Source: Faecousia sp. (GTDB lineage: Bacteria; Bacillota; Clostridia; Oscillospirales; Oscillospiraceae). Taken from it: 57,464 bases of DNA. The notes beneath the pieces are model-generated. The model did not search any database. It saw only the letters and a program-made list of their open reading frames with translations, and had not been told where the DNA came from. The position numbers and the translations under genes were made by a program. This document shows, in pieces, positions 10,871 through 20,952 of this stretch. Every line of letters begins with the position of its first letter. Within the stretch, counting starts at the first letter, position 1. The stretch spans positions 1 through 57,464 of the forward strand of contig JAZNZZ010000120.1 in the NCBI GenBank assembly GCA_045595205.1, written 5' to 3'.

Positions 10871-12832
10871 ATGCAGGATCGTTTTGTGCTTAAATCTGAA
10901 TATAAGCCGACCGGAGACCAGCCTGAAGCAATTGAAAAATTGACGGAGGGTTTGAAAAACGGTTTGCGTGAACAGGTCCTTTTGGGTGTCACCGGTTCCG
11001 GTAAGACATTCACAATGGCAAATATAATTGCCAACATCAACAAACCGACCCTTGTGCTTGCACACAATAAAACCTTGGCAGCGCAGCTTTGCTCTGAATT
11101 CCGTGAATTCTTTCCGGATAATGTGGTGGAATACTTTATTTCCTATTATGATTATTATCAGCCGGAAGCATATATTGCACATACAGACACATATATCGAG
11201 AAAGACTCTTCCATAAACGAAGAGATCGACAGACTGAGACACAGTGCAACATCTTCTCTTTTTGAACGCAAGGATGTGATCATCGTTTCTTCTGTCAGCT
11301 GTTTGTATGGCTTGGGTGACCCGATCGATTACAGCAGTATGGTTATTTCTCTCCGTGTTGGACAGGAACGGGCATTGGATGATGTTCTCAGAAAATTAAC
11401 AGAAATTCGTTACGAAAGAAACGACATTGATTTTTCCAGAAATAAGTTCCGGGTGCGGGGTGACACTTTGGAGGTGTATCCTGCCTATTGGTCCGGCCGT
11501 GCCATTCGTGTGGAATTTTTCGGTGATGAAGTGGACCGCATATCCGAGATCAATGCTGTTTCCGGAGTTGTGGAGCGATATGTGGACCATGTTGCTATCT
11601 ATCCCGCAAGCCATTATGTTGCATCCAGAGAAAAGCTGGAGCGAGCTATGGCAGAGATTCGCCGGGAGTGTGATCAGCAGGTTGCCTTTTTCAACGAAAA
11701 CAATAAATTGCTGGAGGCGCAGCGGATCGCCCAGAGAACAAATTATGATCTTGAAATGCTGACGGAGATCGGATTTTGTACGGGAATTGAGAATTATTCC
11801 CGCGTTATTCAGGGGCGCGCTCCCGGTACACCGCCGACAACGCTTCTTGATTACTTTCCGGATGACTTTATTCTCTTTGTGGATGAAAGCCATGTGACGT
11901 TACCGCAGTGCCGGGCAATGTATGCAGGTGACAGAAGCAGAAAGGATGCTCTGGTAAATTACGGGTTCCGGCTGCCTTCGGCTTATGATAACAGACCGCT
12001 CAATTTTCAGGAGTTTGACAGCAAGATCAATCAGGTGATCTATGTCGCTGCAACACCTGCTGAATATGAAAGTGTGCGCTCCTCCCAAACCGTTGAGCAG
12101 GTGATCAGGCCGACAGGTCTTCTGGATCCAAAGGTTGAAGTTCGACCGATCGACGGACAGATCGATGATCTGATCGGGGAGATCAATGCTCGTGCTGCCA
12201 GAAATGAGCGGGTGCTTGTTACCACACTTACGAAGAAAATGGCAGAGGATCTCACAGATTATTTGAGAAACGCAGGAATCCGTGTTCGTTATATGCACGC
12301 AGATACCGGCGCTATGGAACGAATGGAGATCATACGGGATCTGCGTATGGCAAAGTTTGATGTGCTTGTTGGCATCAATTTGCTTCGTGAAGGTCTGGAT
12401 CTTCCTGAGGTCAGCCTTGTTGCGATCCTGGACGCTGATAAAGAAGGCTTTCTTCGCTCTGAGACCAGCCTGATACAGACCATTGGCCGTGCTGCTCGGA
12501 ATGCAGACGGTCTTGTGATCATGTATGCTGACAGTATCACACCGTCTATGCACACGGCGATTGAAGAAACGAAGCGCCGAAGAAAAATTCAGGATGATTA
12601 TAACCGTGAACACGGAATCGTTCCCAAGACGATCGTTAAATCCGTCCGCGATCTGATCGAAATTTCTTCCCCCACAGCAGAGCGGAAGGGTCGATCCGGT
12701 GTAAAGATGACAAAGGCGGAAAAAGAAAAAGAGATCGCCCGTCTGGAAAAGCAAATGAAGGAGGCAGCAAAGATGATGGAATTCGAATATGCTGCTTTGC
12801 TGCGTGACCAGATCGTTGAGCTTCGGGGTTAA
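10871..12832 (+). CDS. uvrB: Excinuclease ABC subunit B
   Basis: [37 protein letters not shown] motifs and C-terminal UVR domain. Confidence 0.98.
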   Translation: MQDRFVLKSEYKPTGDQPEAIEKLTEGLKNGLREQVLLGVTGSGKTFTMANIIANINKPTLVLAHNKTLAAQLCSEFREFFPDNVVEYFISYYDYYQPEAYIAHTDTYIEKDSSINEEIDRLRHSATSSLFERKDVIIVSSVSCLYGLGDPIDYSSMVISLRVGQERALDDVLRKLTEIRYERNDIDFSRNKFRVRGDTLEVYPAYWSGRAIRVEFFGDEVDRISEINAVSGVVERYVDHVAIYPASHYVASREKLERAMAEIRRECDQQVAFFNENNKLLEAQRIAQRTNYDLEMLTEIGFCTGIENYSRVIQGRAPGTPPTTLLDYFPDDFILFVDESHVTLPQCRAMYAGDRSRKDALVNYGFRLPSAYDNRPLNFQEFDSKINQVIYVAATPAEYESVRSSQTVEQVIRPTGLLDPKVEVRPIDGQIDDLIGEINARAARNERVLVTTLTKKMAEDLTDYLRNAGIRVRYMHADTGAMERMEIIRDLRMAKFDVLVGINLLREGLDLPEVSLVAILDADKEGFLRSETSLIQTIGRAARNADGLVIMYADSITPSMHTAIEETKRRRKIQDDYNREHGIVPKTIVKSVRDLIEISSPTAERKGRSGVKMTKAEKEKEIARLEKQMKEAAKMMEFEYAALLRDQIVELRG

Positions 12833-12841
12833 TTAAAATAC

Positions 12842-12875
12842 AACGGTGCGGCCAGTATGACCGCACCGTTATTTT
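12842..12875. terminator. Intrinsic terminator after uvrB (convergent junction)
   Basis: AACGGTGCGG...CCGCACCGTT hairpin followed by ATTTTT. Confidence 0.8.
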
Positions 12876-15175
12876 TATGGGAATATGAGAGCTTCGGTAT
12901 TTTGTATCGAAGAAGCAGCTTTTGTAAGCAGCTCCTTTAAATCAGAACGATCGGAGGTTTGCATTTCGGACAGAGGCTTATTCCAGAATGCCTCCAGCAG
13001 TTTATTTCGCTGATTTGCAAGCTCCGTTTTGTCACCGGATTCGGACATTAACCAGGAGAAACCAACATCGATCTCTTTTTGGTAAAGGTGCTTTGCAGGC
13101 TCATAAGCTGCCTGCAGGCAGTAACCGTTACACAGATTCTGCTTCAGTGTTTTTTCAAAAGCCGGATTTACTGGTGCAGATCGCTTTAGTGCTTCCAGTG
13201 TGTTATGCATTGAGAAATCCGGATTCAGCTTTAACGCTTTCACCATTATATCCATCAGGATTTCATATTGCTTTTTAAGCTGCTTTAAATATGCATTGGA
13301 GCCCTTGTGCTCCAGTGCGATCATTACGATCAGGTTCATATATCTGCCCAGCATTGTTCGCAACAGGTCGATCACATCACGGCAAATCATCGGATCGGAT
13401 TCCATTGTTACGCTGCCGGGTAGCTTGAGAAGAGAATCGGCAGCAATTCCTTTCACTGCTTTGTATTTCATAATACGCTTTTTAAAGAATTTTCTGAGCA
13501 CCGGATTGTCGCTGTCCTGTGCAGAAAGGAAAAGTGTCAGCCTGGTCCAGATGTCTGTATGAGAGTATTTTAAATTTGCATAGTCCTCATAATTGGGACA
13601 TTGAGGATCACGCTGTGTTCGGCTGCCCCAGTCGCCCAGCTTGATCACCGGAAGGGCAGTAATCCAGGCTTGGTTCATTGACTCTGCGTAATTGCCGTAA
13701 CGCTTTCGGCACATATCCCGTACGATCTCATCGAGTTTCTTTCTTCCCGGCTGCCAACTGTTTTCTGTGAGATATTCCAGTATCAGCGGGTCACTGTGGG
13801 AAAGCTCGGGCCAATAAATCAAACCTTTACACATAGGATCTGTGGCAGCTATGGAAAACCGTTCCTCAATGCGGTCATACGGTCCTCGGATCTCGCTTTC
13901 AGATTCAAAGGCGTGAAAAATGCCGAATACATAAGGGAACTTACTGATCAAGCCCCAATTCAAAAAGCTGCTGTTCGGATCTGCGACTTCAGCAGTGTAG
14001 TCCAGGACAACCGTTCTGTCAGGGTCCATCTCTTCGGTAAGCAGCTCGACCTCCTTTGCGTCCCACCAACCGGCAAAATCCCAGGTGGCAAGCATCAATT
14101 TGGAGTGAGGGTAACGGGTCCTGATCTCCTCGGCAACTCTGCGGTATGCTATTTTCTTGAGTGCAAAATTCTTCTTTTTGTCGGCGTACATCGATCTTTC
14201 ACCCAAACCAATGGTGTGGAAAAGGGAACTGTCCCTATCATAAGCTTCCACCATTGTTTCTGTCAGCTTTGTATAGTAAGACATCATTGCTTTCTTTCTG
14301 AAATCGAATACGCTTCCTGTATTGCCGTCTGCGTAATAGGATACTTCCTGCGTAACATACTCCGGCTTTACAGCATCAATGAAGCTCTGGGGAGTGCGGC
14401 TGTACCAGTGTGTCATAGTGCCGCAATCCACAGGAGAGGTAAGATCCAGATCCCGTGCATAGTCCATTATTTGCTTCCGAAGATATCCGCGGTATTCCAA
14501 TGTCCAGAAATCTGAGCGATCTTGAAAACCGGAGGCGTTCATATTTTGAAAACCGTCAGGGTAGGGGACTTCGTCGGGGAATGCCTTTTGCCATATGTCA
14601 TCCATTCCGATCCGAAGCATAAAGAAGTTTAATCTCTTCTTTACCAGCCAATCCAGCTCCTGCTTCCAGTCCTTCAGATCCCAGTGCTCTGCCTGAAACC
14701 GCTTCAATCCGCGATGTGCAAAATACCTTGTGCCGCGGTATTCAAAGCGGGGAGATTCCGTAATGCTGATACCGCTCATAGGAATGCTGTCCATTTGCGG
14801 GATCACATCTCCGTCCCAAAAATAGTGACAGTCGGCAAAACGCTCAAAGTAATCATAAACAGCATACAGAGTAGATCGGCCTCTGCCGCCTGCCAGAATT
14901 AAGACATTCCTGCTATTATCAGTGTGACTGCGTATGCAATAATCGTCTGTTCCGTAGCGTATCTGCAAGGAATCCAGCTTTAGATCCAATACTTGATTCA
15001 TCAGATAGTCGTTTACACTGTCAGAACCGATCACGATAAGATCCGAGGTTTGGTCATCTTCTGTAACAATGTCCAAGGTTTTTCCTGTTACTTTGCAATA
15101 CATAGTTTGAAATGCTTTTGCTGCAAGAGAATATGCTGCAGCGGCTTCGCCGGGGGCAAGGATCAAAAGAGACAT
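12875..15175 (-). CDS. Putative glycoside hydrolase, alpha-N-acetylglucosaminidase (GH89/NAGLU)-like TIM barrel with a GH20/GH67-type N-terminal domain
   Basis: N-terminal DDYCIR...LILAGGRGRSTLYAVYDYFE; SPRFEYRG; WDLKDWKQELDWLVKKRLN...GMDDIWQKAF resembles the NAGLU WDW.RWE.EIDWMAL.G.N...GQE.IW segment. Confidence 0.6.
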   Translation of the reverse strand: MSLLILAPGEAAAAYSLAAKAFQTMYCKVTGKTLDIVTEDDQTSDLIVIGSDSVNDYLMNQVLDLKLDSLQIRYGTDDYCIRSHTDNSRNVLILAGGRGRSTLYAVYDYFERFADCHYFWDGDVIPQMDSIPMSGISITESPRFEYRGTRYFAHRGLKRFQAEHWDLKDWKQELDWLVKKRLNFFMLRIGMDDIWQKAFPDEVPYPDGFQNMNASGFQDRSDFWTLEYRGYLRKQIMDYARDLDLTSPVDCGTMTHWYSRTPQSFIDAVKPEYVTQEVSYYADGNTGSVFDFRKKAMMSYYTKLTETMVEAYDRDSSLFHTIGLGERSMYADKKKNFALKKIAYRRVAEEIRTRYPHSKLMLATWDFAGWWDAKEVELLTEEMDPDRTVVLDYTAEVADPNSSFLNWGLISKFPYVFGIFHAFESESEIRGPYDRIEERFSIAATDPMCKGLIYWPELSHSDPLILEYLTENSWQPGRKKLDEIVRDMCRKRYGNYAESMNQAWITALPVIKLGDWGSRTQRDPQCPNYEDYANLKYSHTDIWTRLTLFLSAQDSDNPVLRKFFKKRIMKYKAVKGIAADSLLKLPGSVTMESDPMICRDVIDLLRTMLGRYMNLIVMIALEHKGSNAYLKQLKKQYEILMDIMVKALKLNPDFSMHNTLEALKRSAPVNPAFEKTLKQNLCNGYCLQAAYEPAKHLYQKEIDVGFSWLMSESGDKTELANQRNKLLEAFWNKPLSEMQTSDRSDLKELLTKAASSIQNTEALIFP

Positions 15176-15335
15176 ACTTATATTCCTCCTTCAATTGTTT
15201 CTTGTTATATTATAAACTGTACCTGTCTGGACACAATTTAATTTTCGGCTCAGAATTTGCGAATTTCGGCACTAAAGATTATTTTCTTGACGATAAAGCG
15301 TTGAGAGTTTATTATACGGATATGGGGGTGATTAT

Positions 15336-16127
15336 ATGTTTTTTGGATCTTCTGAATTCAATGTGCAGAATATTGAAGTGTTTAAGCTTGCCAGGAATCC
15401 TTACAGAAAAACGGCACCGGTAAGACCTTTTCACGCTATTTCCTACAGAATTTACGGAGAAGCGGCATATCGGCTGAACGAGGAAACCATCACCACAAAA
15501 TCCGATGATATTTTATTTGTACCTGCTAATCTGATTTATACAAAAGATACGCAGGCAGAACAGTTTTATGTGGTCCATTTCTACTGCGATGATTTTCTTG
15601 GAGATCGTCTTTTGCGATTAACGCCATCGAATCCGGAGACATTCAGAGCAATATTCGATCGCTTATATATGGTGGAGACAAAGAAGGGTATTGCGTATCA
15701 ACACGAGAAAAAACAACTTCTATATCAGCTTATGGTAAGCATTGAGCGTGAATGGGCGTTGAACAAGTCCGGGAATGTCGAAAGCCGGATCGATGAGGCG
15801 ATCAAGGCTGTTCACGAAACCTATATGCTGCAGGACTTCTCGGTAGAGAACCTGGCGAAACAAATGAATATGAGTGAAACCTATTTTCGCAGGGTGTTCC
15901 GAAAAGCAACGGGAAAAGGTCCAAAGGAATATGTATCAGACCTGAGACTGGAAAGAGCATTGGAGCTGCTGCGCTCCGGCTATTACACGGTTTATGAGGT
16001 CGCGTTTCGATGTGGCTTCAGCAGCACTTACTATTTTAGCTCATTTATTAAGCGTATGACAGGAAAATCACCCCGTGAATTTATGGATAACAATGCCGGG
16101 TGTTGTTATGAAGTGACCGAAAAATAG
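15336..16127 (+). CDS. AraC family transcriptional regulator
   Basis: Cupin-like N-terminus; C-terminal HTH pair LAKQMNMSETYFRRVF...VAFRCGFSSTYYFSSFIKRMTGKSP. Confidence 0.93.
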   Translation: MFFGSSEFNVQNIEVFKLARNPYRKTAPVRPFHAISYRIYGEAAYRLNEETITTKSDDILFVPANLIYTKDTQAEQFYVVHFYCDDFLGDRLLRLTPSNPETFRAIFDRLYMVETKKGIAYQHEKKQLLYQLMVSIEREWALNKSGNVESRIDEAIKAVHETYMLQDFSVENLAKQMNMSETYFRRVFRKATGKGPKEYVSDLRLERALELLRSGYYTVYEVAFRCGFSSTYYFSSFIKRMTGKSPREFMDNNAGCCYEVTEK

Positions 16128-16213
16128 AATAATTCTTTTTGAAATGTGGATTGTAGGAAAACTTCTTTGATGTTAAGATAAAACAAAAAATATAATTTAA
16201 AGGAGAAATCACT

Positions 16214-17053
16214 ATGCTGGTAACATTACAGGAAATCATCAATATGGCAGAAGAGGGTAATTTCTGTGTCCCTGCATTTAATTTCTATAATGTGGAGACG
16301 ATGATGGGCATTCTTGAAGCTGCAGAGGAGAAGAAGGCTCCTGTGATCCTGCAGATCTATCCCCGTCTTGTGAATGAGCAGGTAGGCTTCTATGTGAGCC
16401 CTGCTGCAATTGCTGCGGCCCATAAGGCATCTGTGCCCGTTTGCTTGCATCTGGATCACGCTGCTGCGAAGGAAGAGGTCTATAAGGCACTTCGCTGGGG
16501 TTACACCGGTATTATGCAGGACGGTTCCAATTATTCCTTTGAGGAAAATGTGGAGCTGACCCGCAGTACCGTTGAAATGTGTAAAGCTGTTGGTGTTGGA
16601 GTTGAGGGTGAGATCGGTCATGTAGGCTTTGCTTTTGAAGAGACGATGGGCGATTTTACTGAACCTGCCGAGGCGAAGGGGTTTGTGGAAAAGACCGGTG
16701 TTTGCTGCCTTGCAGTTCTTGTTGGCAACGCTCACGGTCATTATAAGAAAACACCCTGTTTGGATATCGACCGTATTAAAGCAATTCGTGAGGCTTGCGG
16801 AGTTCCCCTGGTCCTTCACGGTGGTTCCGGTATTCCTGATGATCAGGTCAAGGCTGCGATCAAGGCCGGTATGCGTAAGATGAACATCGGCACAGATGTT
16901 TGCTGCGCTTTTGCTGACGGTACAAAGGCTGCTCTGGAGGATCCCAACCGCTCTTTGGCTGTGGATGTATTTATGAAGGGTGCAATTGCATCTGTCAAGG
17001 CACTTGCTGCAGATAAGATCGAGCTTTGCGGCGCTGCAGGAAAGGCAAACTGA
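16214..17053 (+). CDS. Class II ketose-bisphosphate aldolase (fructose/tagatose type)
   Basis: PAFN, LHLDH, VEGEIG, GNAHGHY, LVLHGGSG, KMNIGT motifs. Confidence 0.92.
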   Translation: MLVTLQEIINMAEEGNFCVPAFNFYNVETMMGILEAAEEKKAPVILQIYPRLVNEQVGFYVSPAAIAAAHKASVPVCLHLDHAAAKEEVYKALRWGYTGIMQDGSNYSFEENVELTRSTVEMCKAVGVGVEGEIGHVGFAFEETMGDFTEPAEAKGFVEKTGVCCLAVLVGNAHGHYKKTPCLDIDRIKAIREACGVPLVLHGGSGIPDDQVKAAIKAGMRKMNIGTDVCCAFADGTKAALEDPNRSLAVDVFMKGAIASVKALAADKIELCGAAGKAN

Positions 17054-17054
17054 T

Positions 17055-17966
17055 ATGACCGACATTGTAGGTATTGGAGCAAATGTTTTTGATACGCTCT
17101 ATCGTCTGGAACATTATCCTACAGAAGACACTAAGCAGAAAGCAGTATCCGTGGCAGAAAGTGGCGGCGGACCTTGCGGTACAGGTCTTGTGGCAGCCTC
17201 TAAGCTTGGGGCACATTGTGCATACATAGGAAATTGCAGTGATGACAGCGCAGGTCAGTTTCTCCGTGCTGATTTTGAAAAGTACGGAGTTTCGACCGAA
17301 TTTATGAACCCGGTTGAGAATACCGGCGCATTTTGCTCCTGCATTTGGCTCTGTGATGACACTGCCACCCGTACCTGCGTGTTTCACAGGGGAACTGTGC
17401 CTCCTACGCAGATCGACGAAACAGCAGCAAAAGCCATTGCAGATGCCCATTTGCTTTTGGTAGACGGTAACGACCTGGATGCTGCTGTGGAAGGTGCCAG
17501 GATCGCTCGGGAGAATAATACGCTTGTGCTTTATGATGCCGGTGGTCAATATCCCGGCGTGGAACGGCTTCTTGCGCTTACAGATGTTCTGATCCCTTCA
17601 GAGGAGTTTGCGTTGGGACATACAGGAGAAAAGTCCGTAGCCGATGCTGCAAGAAAGCTTTGGAGGCTGTATTCCCCGAAGGTGATCGTTATCACCCAAG
17701 GGAAAGAGGGCGGTATATTGTTTGACGGAAAAGAGGTACTTCGTTATCCTGCTTTTCCTGTGGAAGCAGTAGATACCAACGGTTCCGGTGATGTTTTCCA
17801 CGGTGCTTTTGCTTTTGGTTTAAGCCGGGGCTTCTCCTATGCCAAGTGCTGTGTTTTTTCCAGCGCGGTATCTGCACTGAAATGCACAAGCGTTGGTGCT
17901 CGGCCCGGAGTTCCGAATTACGACAGAACGATTGAATTCCTGAAATCACGCGGTATCGATTTTTAA
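17055..17966 (+). CDS. PfkB/ribokinase family sugar kinase
   Basis: GGGPCGTGLVAASKLG, ITQGKEG, VDTNGSGDVFHGAF. ATG lies 1 nt after the aldolase stop. Confidence 0.9.
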   Translation: MTDIVGIGANVFDTLYRLEHYPTEDTKQKAVSVAESGGGPCGTGLVAASKLGAHCAYIGNCSDDSAGQFLRADFEKYGVSTEFMNPVENTGAFCSCIWLCDDTATRTCVFHRGTVPPTQIDETAAKAIADAHLLLVDGNDLDAAVEGARIARENNTLVLYDAGGQYPGVERLLALTDVLIPSEEFALGHTGEKSVADAARKLWRLYSPKVIVITQGKEGGILFDGKEVLRYPAFPVEAVDTNGSGDVFHGAFAFGLSRGFSYAKCCVFSSAVSALKCTSVGARPGVPNYDRTIEFLKSRGIDF

Positions 17967-17979
17967 GGAGGTTTTATTC

Positions 17980-20934
17980 TTGGAACAGAAGTTTAAGTTG
18001 TCCGGAATTGTCAAAAATGCAATTTTTACGATCCGCGAGGATCATACCCTGGCAGTTGATTTTAAGCTAAAGTCAGGTGAAAGCCGCACCTTGGTTTTTC
18101 ACGATTTTATTCGCAAGCCCGGTAAGCGATATTTTCTCTTTAATGAAAAGACCGAGCTTCTGCAGGATGGCAATCAGATCGTGATCCGCACTGCAGCTGC
18201 AGACGGTGAAGACGGTGAACCGATCCCCGGCCTGCTGGTCAATTACCGTTTTACCTTCGATAAGAAGCTGGGCGCATTCTATGTATCTGTCAGCTATAAC
18301 AGCGATGTTCGCTGCAGTGGATACACTGTAAAGCTGATGGATGTTTCCTGGGAGGGTATGGAGGTTCACAGCTTCACAGGCTATGAATACGATGCCGAGG
18401 ACAAGCCCTTCAGCCATACATTCTCAATGCCGGAAGAAAAGAACCCCATTGCTCCTGATTATGAAACCCTTATGCGGATCCGTCCCCATGTGGCTTGGGA
18501 AAGAATGAAGACCCGTCCTTTGACCTTTAAGAACGGTGTTGCAGTTCACGGTGATACCGGATACTTTGCTGTGTGGGGTGGCAGTCCCACTTTCCATGTG
18601 GAGGCTGAGTATGTCAATGTTTTCACTGAAATGGCTGCGTATGACAACGATCTGCGTTACTTTTCCGGAAAAAACAGTCCCGGTGCCTGGTTCCTGCTGG
18701 AAGAGCCTGCAGATATGTTCGAAACGATCGACCAGCTGAACAAGCGACTTCCCGCACTTCCTGAGCACGTGATGGCACCCTTTGTGGAAAAGCTTGTCAC
18801 ACTGGAAGCCGGTGTGATGAAAATGAATCTCCGCCAGACCGGAAACGGTGTTTGGGTAGAGCCCGCATATGCGGGTAATGAGGTGCCCTGTCAACCCTGG
18901 CCTCTTTTTCAGATCGATCTGTGGGATACGCAGTATGAGCGTTCTCTGCTGACCGATGCAGGCGACGGTTGGGACAAGGTGGAGATCCTGGAAAAGAAGA
19001 ACTATGTTCGCGTGACCCTCAGCAATCCCGACTGCGGCAGAGTGGACGGCATCACTGTTGTGGCGGAGGCATTTATGGATGCATCTCAGAACCGCATCAG
19101 CTGGAAAATGCGCGTTGTCAACCGCAGCGACCGGTGGTCTGCCACAAAGGTCACATATCCCCAGTGTCTTGCCCACGGCTTTGAAACCGGCTTCGGTCCT
19201 GTTGGCAGCGGTGCACTTTTGAAGCAGCTGAATAAGCGCAGCTACACCTTCCGGGGTAAGTATCCTACCGGTGTGAAGGTGAATATGGGCTTCCTGGCGC
19301 TTTATAATGAAGTTCCTATGGAGAAGGCTGCTGACGGCTATAACGGCTTCTATATGGGCATTCACGATCCTGACGGTACACCGAAGTTCCTTTATATGTT
19401 TGGTGCACCTCAGTCTGATTGCACGATGCTGTCTGCAGACTGTGTACCGACCTACCAGCGCCACGCAGGCAACTCCTTTACGCTTCCCGGAACAATGGTC
19501 TGGCAGCGCTTCAGCGGTGATTGGTTTGATGCTACTGAGATCTACCGTGACTTTGTTTTCACACAGTCCAAGTGGTTGTCTCCCGTCCGCGGCAGAGCCG
19601 ATTCTCCCGAATGGATGCGGAATACACCTGTGTGGATCATGCACTTTATGCCCAACGAAAACCCCGATGCCAATCCGTTCCCCATTACGCTCCGGGAGAA
19701 GTATGCTGACAAGAATCCTGAGGATTGGTACCGTACTGCAGTTCGGTTCCGGGAAGAGATCGGTGTACCTGTGAGCTATCATCTTTATAACTGGCACTGG
19801 GTTCCTTTCAACAATGACAATCCTCATTATTTCCCCACCCATTCCGATCTTAAAGCAGGTATGGCAGAGCTTAAAAAGGCGGATATCCGTGTTGTGCCGT
19901 ACATTGCAGGCTATTCCTGGGATATGTGTGATCGCCGTGGCGGTGACTACCGATTTGAGCAGGAGGCACTTCCTGCAACTGCGAAGAACATTAATGGCGA
20001 GCCGATCTTTACCTCCTACGCAAGTACTGAACCTACCGGTCAGGCTGTCCGTTTTGCCCGTATGTGTCCCACTACCACCACCTGGAAGAATGAGATCCGT
20101 CAGATCGTTAAAAAGCTGCACAGTGACTTCAAGATGGACGGTATTTACCTGGATGTTGTATCAACGGCTTATGAGATGTGCTGCGATGAAAACCATTTGC
20201 ATATGCCCGGACACGGTGATTTCTGGTGGAAGGCCTATTGTGAATTGATCGCCGGGCTTCGTGCAGATGCACCTGCTGATTTTGCTATGGTCAGTGAATC
20301 TACATCTGAGGTCTACTCCGGCATTCTGGACGGTTATCTGTCCTGGACCTGGGTGCAGATCGACGGTGTTCCTGCACATTCCCGTGTTTACGGCGGCAGA
20401 ACAGCTATCTTTGGCAGAGTGATTACCCAGAACAAGCGGGATGATGTGGATTACTTCCGCTTCAATATTGCACAGTCGCTTCTGTACGGTCAGCAGCTCG
20501 GCTGGGTCCATCCTGAGATCGTGGATGATCCTGTCCAGTTCCCTTTCCTGAAGAAGATGGCAAATATTCGTTGGGAGAACAGGGAATTTTTTGCAGAGGC
20601 GGAAATGCTCCGTCCTCCTGTTGTGGAAGGCAAGATGCCGCTGCTTGACTGCGAAGCGTTCCTTCGCGGACAGATCTGGAATCACGAAAAGCTGGCAATG
20701 GCCGGTGCGTGGGAGGATGCTTCCGGTTGCAGAAAGCTGTTTGTTGTAAATGCCGGCGGGGAAGAGGCGGATGTGACACTTTCTGTTTATGAGAAAGAGT
20801 ATGATCTTCCCAAGAAGATCGAGCAGTTCCAGGTACAGGATGGGTTTGAGCTCCTTGGAATGGAGACTAAGAAGGGTGTTCGCAAGCTTCGCTGCCGTAT
20901 TGCGGCCGAGGGTGTCGGCATTCTTCAGTGGTAA
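17980..20934 (+). CDS. Large putative glycoside hydrolase (DUF6259-like TIM-barrel C-terminal half)
   Basis: 984 aa, TTG start with AAGGAGG RBS. Motifs GDWFDATEIYR, HLYNWH..PF.NDNPHYFP, VVPYI, MCP, DGIYLD, MVSE. No signal peptide. Confidence 0.55.
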   Translation: MEQKFKLSGIVKNAIFTIREDHTLAVDFKLKSGESRTLVFHDFIRKPGKRYFLFNEKTELLQDGNQIVIRTAAADGEDGEPIPGLLVNYRFTFDKKLGAFYVSVSYNSDVRCSGYTVKLMDVSWEGMEVHSFTGYEYDAEDKPFSHTFSMPEEKNPIAPDYETLMRIRPHVAWERMKTRPLTFKNGVAVHGDTGYFAVWGGSPTFHVEAEYVNVFTEMAAYDNDLRYFSGKNSPGAWFLLEEPADMFETIDQLNKRLPALPEHVMAPFVEKLVTLEAGVMKMNLRQTGNGVWVEPAYAGNEVPCQPWPLFQIDLWDTQYERSLLTDAGDGWDKVEILEKKNYVRVTLSNPDCGRVDGITVVAEAFMDASQNRISWKMRVVNRSDRWSATKVTYPQCLAHGFETGFGPVGSGALLKQLNKRSYTFRGKYPTGVKVNMGFLALYNEVPMEKAADGYNGFYMGIHDPDGTPKFLYMFGAPQSDCTMLSADCVPTYQRHAGNSFTLPGTMVWQRFSGDWFDATEIYRDFVFTQSKWLSPVRGRADSPEWMRNTPVWIMHFMPNENPDANPFPITLREKYADKNPEDWYRTAVRFREEIGVPVSYHLYNWHWVPFNNDNPHYFPTHSDLKAGMAELKKADIRVVPYIAGYSWDMCDRRGGDYRFEQEALPATAKNINGEPIFTSYASTEPTGQAVRFARMCPTTTTWKNEIRQIVKKLHSDFKMDGIYLDVVSTAYEMCCDENHLHMPGHGDFWWKAYCELIAGLRADAPADFAMVSESTSEVYSGILDGYLSWTWVQIDGVPAHSRVYGGRTAIFGRVITQNKRDDVDYFRFNIAQSLLYGQQLGWVHPEIVDDPVQFPFLKKMANIRWENREFFAEAEMLRPPVVEGKMPLLDCEAFLRGQIWNHEKLAMAGAWEDASGCRKLFVVNAGGEEADVTLSVYEKEYDLPKKIEQFQVQDGFELLGMETKKGVRKLRCRIAAEGVGILQW

Positions 20935-20952
20935 AATTTGGGGTGACTGAAT

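Noticed and set aside
18424-20121. 565-aa minus-strand ORF
   Set aside because: Shadow of the 984-aa gene, with no recognisable protein features.
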